A stretch of DNA of 63,581 nucleotides, filler included, from Saprolegnia diclina VS20 (lineage: Eukaryota): NCBI RefSeq assembly GCF_000281045.1. It is 9 parts of 4 records of this genome, joined end to end, with 100 filler letters (N's around TTAATTAATTAA, not from the genome) between each part and the next. Parts side by side here need not be neighbours in the genome. Positions count along the whole stretch, not along the records: positions 1 to 15,542 come from NW_008246178.1; 8 more parts are not named here. The stretch is one strand, 5' to 3'. Within the stretch, counting starts at the first letter, position 1. Every line of letters begins with the position of its first letter. Of the stretch, positions 1 to 10,885 are shown one piece after another. Both the position numbers and the translations under genes were made by a program. Below the pieces are notes generated by a model that worked only from the letters and a program-made list of their open reading frames with translations, ran no database searches and was not told the DNA's origin.

Positions 1-2550
1 GGCATCACCTGCGTGCGTCGAATGTATCCTCATTCAGATCGTAGACCGCTCGTCGTGTTCTCGAGGATGACTTCGCCCTCGCCCAGAAGCGATAGTTGCG
101 CCGCAACCGCCAAGAGCTCTCGGGTCGTCCATGCAGCTCTGGACGCTCCTTCGTCTGACGGCGCTGGTCGTGGCGGGCCATCACTTTTTCCGAGGCTTCG
201 GGTCATGTGACTCGACTTCTTCGGCGCTCGCCCGAGTTGAGCCAGTGCTCGGCTCGGCAACCTGCGCTCTCTCTTGGTTCTGATCATCACTGGCCGCGCG
301 CGCCCGAGGTTTTCAACGTAAACGCGATCCTACCGACGGCCTCATGCTTCGGGACGTCAATGCGGCGCTCGTTCGCGTTAAGCGCCAGGTACCACACGCC
401 GTTTCCATCCCTAGTTACGCCTCTGAACATCAATAAAGGCCCATGCCTTGGATGTCGAACTACACATATACAAATGTTCCATCCTATACACACTGACAAC
501 GACATCGAAACGTGGCTTTTGTGCAGGCCGTGCCTTGGTGAGGAGTGAGCCCCGATCTTTCACGTTAAAGGAATATATTATCGATGGGTCGCCCAGGTGG
601 AGGCGGGTAGGCCCGCAGGGCCGCGCCGACCCTGGTGCGAAAAGAACCTAAAANNNNNNNNNNNNNNNNNNNNNNNNNNNNNNNNNNNNNNNNNNNNNNN
701 NNNNNNNNNNNNNNNNNNNNNNNNNNNNNNNNNNNNNNNNNNNNNNNNNNNNNNNNNNNNNNNNNNNNNNNNNNNNNNNNNNNNNNNNNNNNNNNNNNNN
801 NNNNNNNNNNNNNNNNNNNNNNNNNNNNNNNNNNNNNNNNNNNNNNNNNNNNNNNNNNNNNNNNNNNNNNNNNNNNNNNNNNNNNNNNNNNNNNNNNNNN
901 NNNNNNNNNNNNNNNNNNNNNNNNNNNNNNNNNNNNNNNNNNNNNNNNNNNNNNNNNNNNNNNNNNNNNNNNNNNNNNNNNNNNNNNNNNNNNNNNNNNN
1001 NNNNNNNNNNNNNNNNNNNNNNNNNNNNNNNNNNNNNNNNNNNNNNNNNNNNNNNNNNNNNNNNNNNNNNNNNNNNNNNNNNNNNNNNNNNNNNNNNNNN
1101 NNNNNNNNNNNNNNNNNNNNNNNNNNNNNNNNNNNNNNNNNNNNNNNNNNNNNNNNNNNNNNNNNNNNNNNNNNNNNNNNNNNNNNNNNNNNNNNNNNNN
1201 NNNNNNNNNNNNNNNNNNNNNNNNNNNNNNNNNNNNNNNNNNNNNNNNNNNNNNNNNNNNNNNNNNNNNNNNNNNNNNNNNNNNNNNNNNNNNNNNNNNN
1301 NNNNNNNNNNNNNNNNNNNNNNNNNNNNNNNNNNNNNNNNNNNNNNNNNNNNNNNNNNNNNNNNNNNNNNNNNNNNNNNNNNNNNNNNNNNNNNNNNNNN
1401 NNNNNNNNNNNNNNNNNNNNNNNNNNNNNNNNNNNNNNNNNNNNNNNNNNNNNNNNNNNNNNNNNNNNNNNNNNNNNNNNNNNNNNNNNNNNNNNNNNNN
1501 NNNNNNNNNNNNNNNNNNNNNNNNNNNNNNNNNNNNNNNNNNNNNNNNNNNNNNNNNNNNNNNNNNNNNNNNNNNNNNNNNNNTGGCTGCAATGTGTGGT
1601 AGCATCCGGCGGGCGTCGTTCTCATCGAGCAGTGGCTAAGAGCAAAATGTGACGTGGCAGTCGTACACGGCGCTACTGCTGCAAGCGAATCAAGGCACAG
1701 CAATTGATAATTAGTGGTTTGGCGCATGCAACGGGGCAGCGACGTGCGTCCTCGATCCTGCCGGTGCAAAATGCCACGTTCCGCCTCCAGCGCCAGGTAC
1801 GGGGCTCACGCTGCAGAGATGCCTGACTGATATGCTCATTGTTGAGCTGGTCGTCTAGCTGAGGTGCTTTTGACGCTTCTGCAGCTCCGCGACGACGACA
1901 GCGTGTCGTCAAAGCTTTCGCGCTTCTTGATTTTCTCTGTCGGTATCTGTCCGCAACGGGTTTCGATCGCTGCCATGACGCTCCTTCTGCAGATTCTTGC
2001 GTCCAACGCCCCAAGCTCTGCCGCGACTGTGGCTTGCCGTTGGCCACAGACAAATCTAAAAAATGGCTTTACTGGCCGCGGTGGGGCTCTTTTTCAGCCA
2101 TGTAGACGGTCAGCTTTAGCTTTTAGCTGCGCGATGACGATGCTCAATTGACACGCCGTCGCTTGCGATGCACGTTCTCCAGTGCGGCTTGACGAACCGC
2201 ATCTCGTGGACGAAAAAGGTGATCGTTGGCAACATGGCATCATCGATACCAAGGACCTAGGGTCCTACAATGACACACCATGTAAACGTAGCATCGTTAC
2301 GTTGAAGCAAACACCGAGAGCGCCGACCCTGAGTGCGAGGAGTGCGAACGACGCCTCGACACTTGTCCCGCAGCTTTGTGTATACATGTTACATGCATAT
2401 AGGAGTATTCGAACAAGGGCCACGGATCTTTCGTTTGCCTTTTATGTGGGACATCACGAGAATTCAGTGCCAATGGTGCATTCCCGAAGGCTGTTGATGC
2501 ACGAGCTGTGATTCCGGTGCTGCAGCGCCTCGACTTACCCAAGACGAATT

Positions 2551-3110
2551 GGCCAAGCACATGAGAAAAGAAACCGACGCGGTCACCTGCAATGCGTTGT
2601 CGACGCAAATATCCTCTGCCGCTTCTTGCGCGCGTCTGCACCGGCGCCCCTCTACCCGAGATGCGACGCCGAGATGATTGCGCTTTCTACCGCAGTCGCG
2701 CGCGGCGCTCACAAGGACGCTTTATACGGCCTGGTTTGCCTTCAAGACGTACTCAAGCCACCGGACCCCAAGGCGCCCAAAGGCATAAGCGACGATGAGG
2801 ATGATGACACGCTAGTGCCGACGGAGTACATTCTTCACGGGGCCAAATCGCAGCACACGTACTTTGAGGCCTAGCTCAACGCTGCATTGCGACTGGAGCT
2901 TTCGTGACGCTTCTCGAGTTGTTGAGCAAACGACATGGACGAACCGCTCGTCATAGCAACAGTGCCCAGTCGCGCTTGGCAGCGACGCTTGAGACACCAG
3001 TTCTGAGGACGAACGCTGGCCGGTCCTTGCTCGCGACGGCCAAAAAGGTTAAGTGCACCGAGGAAGACCTCGAGACGCTTCAGCAGCAGAAGGAAATCGT
3101 TGGAGCTGTC
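2551..3110 (+). pseudogene. Degenerate coding-like repeat, copy 1 (homologous to 10620-10885)
   Basis: Frameshifted ORF remnants. KETDAVTCNALSTQISSAASCA matches KDTDAVACNALSTQVSSAATCA near 10640, and LQQQKEIVG matches LQQKEIIG near 10860. Confidence 0.55.
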
Positions 3111-3241
3111 GAGAGACGCCAGCGAGTGCGCGGTGAAAGATTATCGGTGACGTTAGACGTAGATTCGTTGAACAAAATCCAGCGATGGTATCCTGGGTCC
3201 AGCAATACACCCGTGACTCTTAAAGTCGGTCAGTCGGTAAA

Positions 3242-3492
3242 CGTAGAGTGATATGAAAAAAGATTAAAAATGAGCGGAGCCCGGTAGAAAAATGAGCGAG
3301 GCTGGAAACGGCAGAAAAATGAGCGGACGCCATGTGTATAAAGGGTTAAATCGGCTGCGGGTTTGCACGAAGTGCAAATCCGTTGTCCAATTTATCCCGA
3401 GCCGGCACTCTTGACCCGCCAAAGGCTCTGCCAGGGAAAGGGGAAGGGTAATTTTGGGCAATTTCGCTCATTTTTCTGCCGTAGAGTGATAT
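3242..3492. repeat. Small structured repeat (possible MITE or transposon end)
   Basis: AAAAATGAGCG occurs three times in 3266-3325. A perfect 18-bp inverted repeat is at 3308-3325 / 3465-3482. A 13-bp direct repeat CGTAGAGTGATAT is at 3242-3254 and 3480-3492. Confidence 0.55.
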
Positions 3493-3551
3493 TTTTAGCC
3501 TTTAGCTATCTTGTGGAACTCCCAACAATGAGAAGCATCAGTTGCTAAGAC

Positions 3552-5596
3552 TTAGATGCCCTTATGAAAGAGCTTGTCACGAATGATGATGGCGGTCGAG
3601 AGCTTGGATCGAATCTCATCGCTGCGCGACGTGGTGCCACGGATGCTATGGAGGTATGTCGTCATGTCTTCAATGTACGCGCTGATCCAGTGGAGGAGAC
3701 CGCCCGTGAAATGCACCACGACATACAAGCTGCCCTGCACAGCGCCATTGGTGTACACTTTGACCTCTTGGAGTTGCTTTGTGTCGGCCAAGATCGCATC
3801 GGCCAGCGAGAGCTGCGCGCGGCCAATCTGCTTGCCAAAGAACCACGAGTCACTCGTGAGGAGGTTGACCTCGATCGTCATGTCGAGGAGGTGCACCGCG
3901 GGAAAGAAGAATATCGAGTCGGTGGGCCACGAAGGCGATGCTCCTTGCTTACCGCGGCACGTTGACGTCGTGTGCTTGGTCATGCCGACCGCTAGCTTGC
4001 ACATGACATCTTGCACGCCAAAGCTTTGAACTTCAGCGAGGTTGCTGGCTTTGAGAACGCGAACGTTGACACCGATGGGCGCCATCGTGGAGAGAGATGC
4101 GACGCCTGGTGCATCGACGTGGTCTTGGAGACGACGGAGCACCTCCGCCGCGGAAGGGCGCGCCTCCGGATCCACCGACACGCACTCAAGCGCGAGCGCT
4201 TGGAACCAGCTGGGGCTCGAGTGGAATTTGTGCTTGAAGATGTCGTCGCCGTCCTTGCCGGAGCTAAGGAGCGCTGTGAGCATCGAGTCGTTGATTTGTC
4301 GTCCGTTGCGGTCCTTCTTGTGGGCGTACGGAAGGTCGTGCGTGTCGAGCTCGATGAGGAGGAGACCAAGCGAGTAAATATCGGCCTTCTCCGAGTAGTT
4401 GGCCCGGCCTTCAAAGGTAACGTCGGACCGAAGCGTCTCGGGGGCCGACGACATGACCGGGCCGACGCCCACCGTCATCAAGCCCCCCGAGAGCTCGCGG
4501 CTGCTCGTGCTCATGAGAAGCTTGGCTGCGTAGTCGCCGTCCACGAGCACATGCAGAGCGCTGACGTCGCGGTGCATGAAGCCAAGAGCGTGCATCTTGG
4601 AGACAGCCTTTGTGACGCTGATGGCCATGCGGAGCCGCGTCTGCAAAGGCAAGCGTTGACTTTTGGTCTTCTGCAGCAGGTCGCGGAGGTTGCCGTACGC
4701 CATGTAGGGAAAGTACAGGGCCGGTGCTTGCGTGTTGACACCCGACACGCCGGCCAGCGTCATGATGGTGCCGTCGGCGCCGCCAAGCCTACGTGATTCC
4801 TTGATGAGTGGTGCCTCACACAGTGCAGATAGACAACGTACGAGGCGGTGAGCTCCATGTGGCCTTGAAACTGATGGATGGCGTCATGGTCGGGAGTGTT
4901 GCTGAAAAACTTCTTGCGCACGAGTGGGTGACTGTCGACGACGCCGCAGTCGATGCGGAAGGTCTGGCCGTTGACGAGCATCTTGGCATGCTTAAAGTCC
5001 GACGCGTCAATGACTGGAATCTTGGGAAGGGCCGCCGTTGGCTCGACAAATCGGCGAGGTTCAGGCATCTCAGGCTCGTCCTCGACTTGTGGCTGCTGGT
5101 CACACAGCTGGCTCTGCAGCATCTTCATCTCGGTCATGAGGGTCGCCACTTTGGCGACCTCAACCGCCAACGCCTCGCTTGCTTTGGGGTGCAGCGCCTT
5201 GGCGGCTTTGGTCACGGCACCGAGTTGGATGATGTGTTGAATGTACGCCTCGATCGTCTCAACGTCGCTCATGCCGTCGGTCGAGGGCAGGGCTGGGGCG
5301 GGTGTTACCATCAGCGCCGACGACTCAGCGAAGTCGACGGATGGGACCACGCCGACCTGGCGGCAGAGATCGCGAACCGCATCAAGTAGACTCGAGGCGA
5401 CGGCGCGCTTCTCGTTCAACGCGTCAGTGACGACGGTCGTCTTTTCGATCGTGCGGCCGAAAAAGTCGATGCGCTTGCGGAGCGTCTGAAGCTTCTGCGC
5501 CGAATCCGGCAGCTTGTCACCGCAGTCGTCACAAGTGACGTTGGCGAATGGGTTGCCGTGGTCGCAAGCTGGGCAGTGGAGCAAGGGGGCACTCAT
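3552..5596 (-). CDS. Zinc-ribbon/helical N-terminus + TKL-like pseudokinase + C2 domain protein (2 exons, intron 4789-4841)
   Basis: ORFs 4760..5632 and 3552..4763 join in frame through a 53-nt GTACGT...CACGTAG intron. Kinase-fold motifs are HRDVSALH, SAPE, KADIYSLG and C..VDPEARPSA; DFG is replaced by MST. C2 signature VRVLKASNL...G.QD...P.W...IGRAQLSL. INR-like CCACTTTTCAACTTG lies just upstream of ATG 5596. Confidence 0.85.
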
Positions 5597-6236
5597 GGTC
5601 AAGTTGAAAAGTGGTGCCGTGATTAGATTCACAGTGCGCTCACAAATAGTATCTATACGCGAGGGACAGCTGCAACGTCAAGTATCCATTGTGGCGACAC
5701 CATTGGATGGTGTGTATGCTGGAACATGGCGACAGTGCAGCTGGCGGGCTACCGACGACTCCGTTGCCTTTCATCAACCTGGTCGATATCATTTCACCTT
5801 AACAATCCTGTGCGATATTAAGTCCACCCAACAAAGTCTATTTGTAAGGCGATTGTGTCACTATGCAAGCTGTGCACCAGAGCTGGTACCAGTCACCTTC
5901 AAAGTACAGTTTGTCCGCCGCCATGGCCCAAGTTGACGGTTGGAAATTCTAGGTATATTGTTCGTCTCCTCGCGCGCGAAGTCCATGTGGGCATGAAGAT
6001 GCTGCTGACGCGAAATAGATATAGCCAGCAAGCCTATATCTTGGTCCCGATGAGCCATTGTCTGTGCAGACTGGGATCAACAATCGTGTGCGAAAGGCTA
6101 CTGCACATGATTGTTGCAATCTGTTGTCAGGGCACGGTGATGATGGGCTATACTTCTGAACTGATCTGATGATGTTGGATGCTTTTTTTGCTGTGTTGCA
6201 TAAACTCTATGGCCGCCCTCATTTTTCATTGTTCCG
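5597..6236. promoter_or_regulatory. 640-bp divergent intergenic region shared by the pseudokinase and ANK-kinase genes
   Basis: Start codons face away from each other at 5596 (-) and 6237 (+). An oomycete INR/FPR-like element (YCAYTTY...) lies within about 20 nt of each ATG. Confidence 0.5.
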
Positions 6237-9200
6237 ATGAGCGTGGACTACGAAACGGTGCGTTTCGGTCCATCGATCTCGAACGCTCGTAATGTGCTTT
6301 CCACAGTTGAAGCATGTCGTTGCGCTTGCTGCCGAATCGGGCGACATTGAGGACGTTAAGGAGCTCTTGCCCAAGTGCCGCCTCTATGACGTTCGTTTGC
6401 ACTCGATTCACGGGGCAATGCTCATCATTATTAAAATAGGTCAAACGTGCCCTTGGTAAAGCGGCGTACAAAGACAAGCTCGACGCTGTCATCGTTCTTC
6501 TCGAGGCGGGAGCAGACCCTGATTACAAGGATGCCGTACGCTTGTTGTGGCACTGACTATCGTTCTATCATTGTGCATAGAGTGGCGAAACAGCCCTATG
6601 GGAGGCTGCGACCCTTTGCAGCCAAGCCTCATACAACACGATCGAGCGCCTTTTGAAAGCGAGCACGGCGTGCATCGACAGTACCTCGACTGGCCTCGGA
6701 GAGGTAACGCAACGACCAACGATGTGATTCCAATTTTTGTATAAAGGGGGGCAAAACGGCGCTGTACAAGGCGGCTGAGTACGGTCTCATTGAGGTGGTG
6801 AAAGCCCTTCTCCATCACGGCGCGAACATCAACATTGCTTGCGACGGAGGCTTTTTCACCGTTCGCTTGGAATCCTCTCCACGTGGCGTAACGCTCCTGG
6901 CTGTAGAGCTCGAAGACGCCTCGCATGATCGCCAGCAAGAACGGCCACACCACGTTTGTGGCACTCATCGACCAATACCAACAGGCGCGGGAGCTTGTGA
7001 CGGCCGTCTCCAACGGCGACAAGTCTCAAGTGGGGCGTCTCTTGGCCAACGGTGTCGACCCCAACACCTTGGACAAGGTTCGCACACTACTTTTCGAGGA
7101 TCAACTAAAGCGCATGGATAGGATCTCGATTCGGTGCTGTTACTCGCGGCTTCGGCGGGCCACGTGGGCGTCGCGAATAAACTCATCAAAGCAGGCGCCA
7201 CGGTCGATACCGTCTTTGCGGTGGGCTGCAAGGACTTGTAACGTGGTTTATGTAGTGCCGATTGTAGCGCGGATTCGCGGCGCTGCACGCTGCTGCGGAT
7301 CAAGGCCATATTGCCGTCATCACTGCGCTGCTCAATGCCGGTGCCGACGTCAATGTCCGGTGTCACTGGGTACAGTCACTTACAAGTCGTTCGCTTATGC
7401 AATTTCAGGGGCGCACGCCGCTGATTTTTGCCGCTGCATTCGGAAAAAGCGGTGCGACCCAGGTGCTCCTTGCCGCGGGCGCCAATGCGAACGTCGTCAG
7501 CCACGTAAGTGCTCGCTCAAACTTTGTCTCGATCCAGCGTTGCAATAGAATGGCGACAATGCGCGAACGTATGCGATCAAGAATGGACAAAAGGCGACTG
7601 CTGCTCTCATTACAAGCCACAACACCGAGAAACTGCAAGCTGCTGTCCAGTCTGGCGACGTTAACCTTGTCACGGCGCTTTTGCAAGGAGGCGCGAAAAC
7701 CAACGTCAAGGTTGCGCTGTTTCGATGATGAACATGATGGATTCCCTCGGTAGAAAGGGTTCTCGCCGTTGATGCGCGCGGCGCAGGATGGGCTTGTCAA
7801 AATCATGCGGCTTCTTCTGGCGCATGACGCCAACGTCAACGCTGTCGACGAGGTACTTTGCCGTTATGAGCACGCCGCGTTTGGCTGACACTCCACCTAG
7901 AGAGGCTTTTCGCCCCTCCTCTTTGCTGCGTCTTGCGGTCACGTCGACGTTGTGGACCAGCTTTTGACGAAGAGTGCCAATATCGACCACCAAGCGAGAA
8001 CGGTATTTGCTTGGATGAACATGAATGCTGATGGTGTATTTTTCGAAGGGTATGACGGCGATGCATTACGCGGCCGAGTCCGGTCGCGTGGGCGTGGTCA
8101 AGAGACTCTTGGCCAGCGGAGCCGACGCGTCGATTCCCGACAAAGTATCGTGCATTCACTGTATCGGTGCTGAGGCTTACAGAGAATGTATGTAGGATGG
8201 ACGCACTCCGCTCATGGTGGCCCTTCAAAATGGCCAGACGAAAGTCGTAGCACTTCTCGATGCATCGAGCACAAACCCCGTAATGGCAGCTGTCACGAAG
8301 GGCGACCTTGAGCAAGTGAACCAGCTCTTGTCTACTGGCGCCGACACGTCTGCCGTGAATGCAGTATGTCATCCCTTGAGCACATCGACTTAATTGCGTC
8401 GATTAGCACGGCGCGACGGCGCTGCACGTCGCGGTTCACAATGGATACGACGAGATTGTGTCCGCGCTTTTGGCGGTCGAAGCCGACGTGGATGCCGAGG
8501 ACGAGGTATCTCGAGTCGCTATATGCAGCGTCCTCATTTACGTGCATAGGATGGCTGGACGCCCGAGATGCTGGCCAAAACACCCGCGCTTCGGAAGCTC
8601 TTCAGCGACGCCAAGTACCCGGAAGCGATGAAGGTTCGTTTTCGCGCAATCGTCCTGGTCAGAGACTCATTTATGCTTAGATCGCCGATATGATGCAAGC
8701 CATCAAGGACGACAACGTGCCAGTTGTGCTCAATCTGCTCGCGAAAGGCGTCGACCCCAACAGCGCCAACGAGGTACAAGAATGATCACGAAACATGCCG
8801 TAAACTGTTGCGTAGTCGGGCGAAACTCTCTCGCATATGGCCATCACCCACAAAAAGAGCTCCGTGCTCGACGTGCTCTTGGAGGCAGACGGCATCGTGC
8901 ACTCAAAGCCCAACCAGGTTGGGTCAACAGCGTTTATCCAAGTTGCAACTCGTATGGCTAGGCCGGAGTGACCCCGTTGGTCCTGGCGATCCGTCTCGGC
9001 CACTATCGCCTCGTGAATCAGATTTACTCCAAAGTCAAGTTCGTCACGCAGCAGGTCAGCTCTCGTTCGTCTTGAATGTACAATGTAGTATTCACTTGCC
9101 ATACCTTAGGTGACCAACAACGATGTCGTGTACGACGAAAACGACGCCCTGGGGGCTGGCGCCTTTGGCGCTGTCTACAAAGGCTCGTTCCAAGGACATG

Positions 9201-10432
9201 CCGTGGCTATCAAGTGCGGCAACAACAAAAACGCGCTCAAGGCCGAGATCGACGCGATGCTCCAGTGCGCCATTTGCACACTTGGTGTCGATATCCTGCC
9301 TTACTTGTATACCTGATTAGATGCAAGTCGCCGTACATTGTCGATCTGATCGCTATCGCGGACCGGTTCTCGGAGCATCCCAAGCTCGTGCTCGAGCTCA
9401 TGGACGGCGGCAGCTTGGACAAGCACCTCGAGGCCAAGCGCTTAGGGAAGCCGACCGTCGTCAACTACTCGAACGTGGAGATCGCGTGGGTGGTTGCAAA
9501 GGCGCTCGCGGACTTGCACCATAACGGCCAAGTCCATCGCGACCTGAAGAGCGGCAACGTTCTGCTCTCGACGACCAGCTTCGTCAAGGTCTGCGATCTC
9601 GGCATTGCCCGCGACCTCGATATGAACATGACGATCAACATGGGCACGCCGTTTTGGACGGCGCCCGAGGTCTTCAAGGACGATGACTCGACGACGCACG
9701 GGTACGGCTTTGCCGCCGACATCTACTCGTTTGGCGTCATCCTCACGGAGCTCGACACGCTCCTGCCGCCGTATGCGTCGCTTTCCAAGTGTAGCACGTT
9801 CGACATCATGAGCCGTGTCTACAAGGGCGAGCTCCGCCCAACTTTGAGCGACACATGCCAGCCATGGTACAGCAACCTGGCCAACAAGTGCTTGGCCTTT
9901 GACCCAAAAGACCGACCCAGCGCCAATGACATCGTGACGTTGCTTCAGGCGCATCTCGGGGAGAAGAACAACGCGCTATCCACGGATGCGCCACGGCCTT
10001 TGCTGCACTCGTCGTCGTCGTCGTCGTTCAGTACGAGCAAGGTACTTCCAAAGGTTTTCCCTCTCAGCGATATTAAATACTCTCTGTCGCTAGACGTATT
10101 CGTCGTGGTCCAAGACGCAGCTTGTCAACACCAACATCGTGTGCGCCGATTGCAACACGCCGAATCCTTGGGATGCGACCCTCTGCCGCGACGAAGACTC
10201 CAAGGAGCCACTGCCGAGCGCAGCCAAGAAGCTGAAGGTGCTGCTCAAGCGCATCGCGGTCGCCAACACCAAAGGTGCCAACGTTAAGCGAACAGTTCAC
10301 TGTCGAGTCTGTTGCGATCCCGTCGACATCGAGCTCGAAGCGTGCCCAGATTGCCCGGACGAGCCGCTGCCGGACGACGAGAAGAAGCTCCAGCTGCTCT
10401 TGCGTGAAATCAAACGAGCGACGGCACCATAA
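6237..10432 (+). CDS. Ankyrin-repeat (about 20 repeats) + TKL protein kinase + two C-terminal zinc-ribbon/helix modules, about 22 exons
   Basis: Manual splicing gives a series of phase-0 exons encoding ankyrin repeats (e.g. GRTPLIFAAAFGKSGATQVLLAAGANAN; KGFSPLMRAAQDGLVKIMRLLLAHDANVNAVDE). These are followed by a kinase with LGAGAFGAVYKG, VAIK, HRDLKSGNVLL, DLG and GTPFWTAPE, and a last exon 10094-10432 with two CxxC modules. INR-like CTCATTTTTCATTG precedes the ATG. Confidence 0.88.
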
Positions 10433-10619
10433 GCTCTTGTTTTCGCAGTTTCTACATTGTCTACAGAGTTAATTCTCATTTTCCACGTTTGCAAACGGAT
10501 TCATGATGGTCCTTCCATATCATATCCAAGCGCGAGCAAAAATCTTGTGCGCGCATTCATCGTGGACCAGCTCTGGAAACCTTCTCGAGGCGGTCAAGCA
10601 GGCGCCCGACGTCGTGGTC

Positions 10620-10885
10620 GGCCAAGTACACTAAAAAAGGACACGGACGCGGTCGCCTGCAATGCATTATCGACGCAGGTATCCTCTGCCGCAACTTGTG
10701 CGCTTGCACTTGCGCCACTTTGTCCAAAATGAGAAGCCGAGAAGATTGCGCTTTCTAACACAACTTCGTCGCGCGTGGCGCTCTCAAGGACGCCTTTCCA
10801 AACACGGGTCACGCTCCTTCAAGATTGTCAAGTACACGACGGCAGTTCTCGAGATGCCTTTGCAGCAGAAGGAAATCATTGGCGT
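10620..10885 (+). pseudogene. Degenerate coding-like repeat, copy 2 (internally deleted relative to 2551-3110)
   Basis: Direct nucleotide and peptide similarity to 2551-2723 and about 3070-3105. Confidence 0.55.

Noticed and set aside
565..1769. Long ORFs spanning N runs (also 11394-13031 and 25698-26317)
   Set aside because: Their length comes from untranslatable gap sequence.
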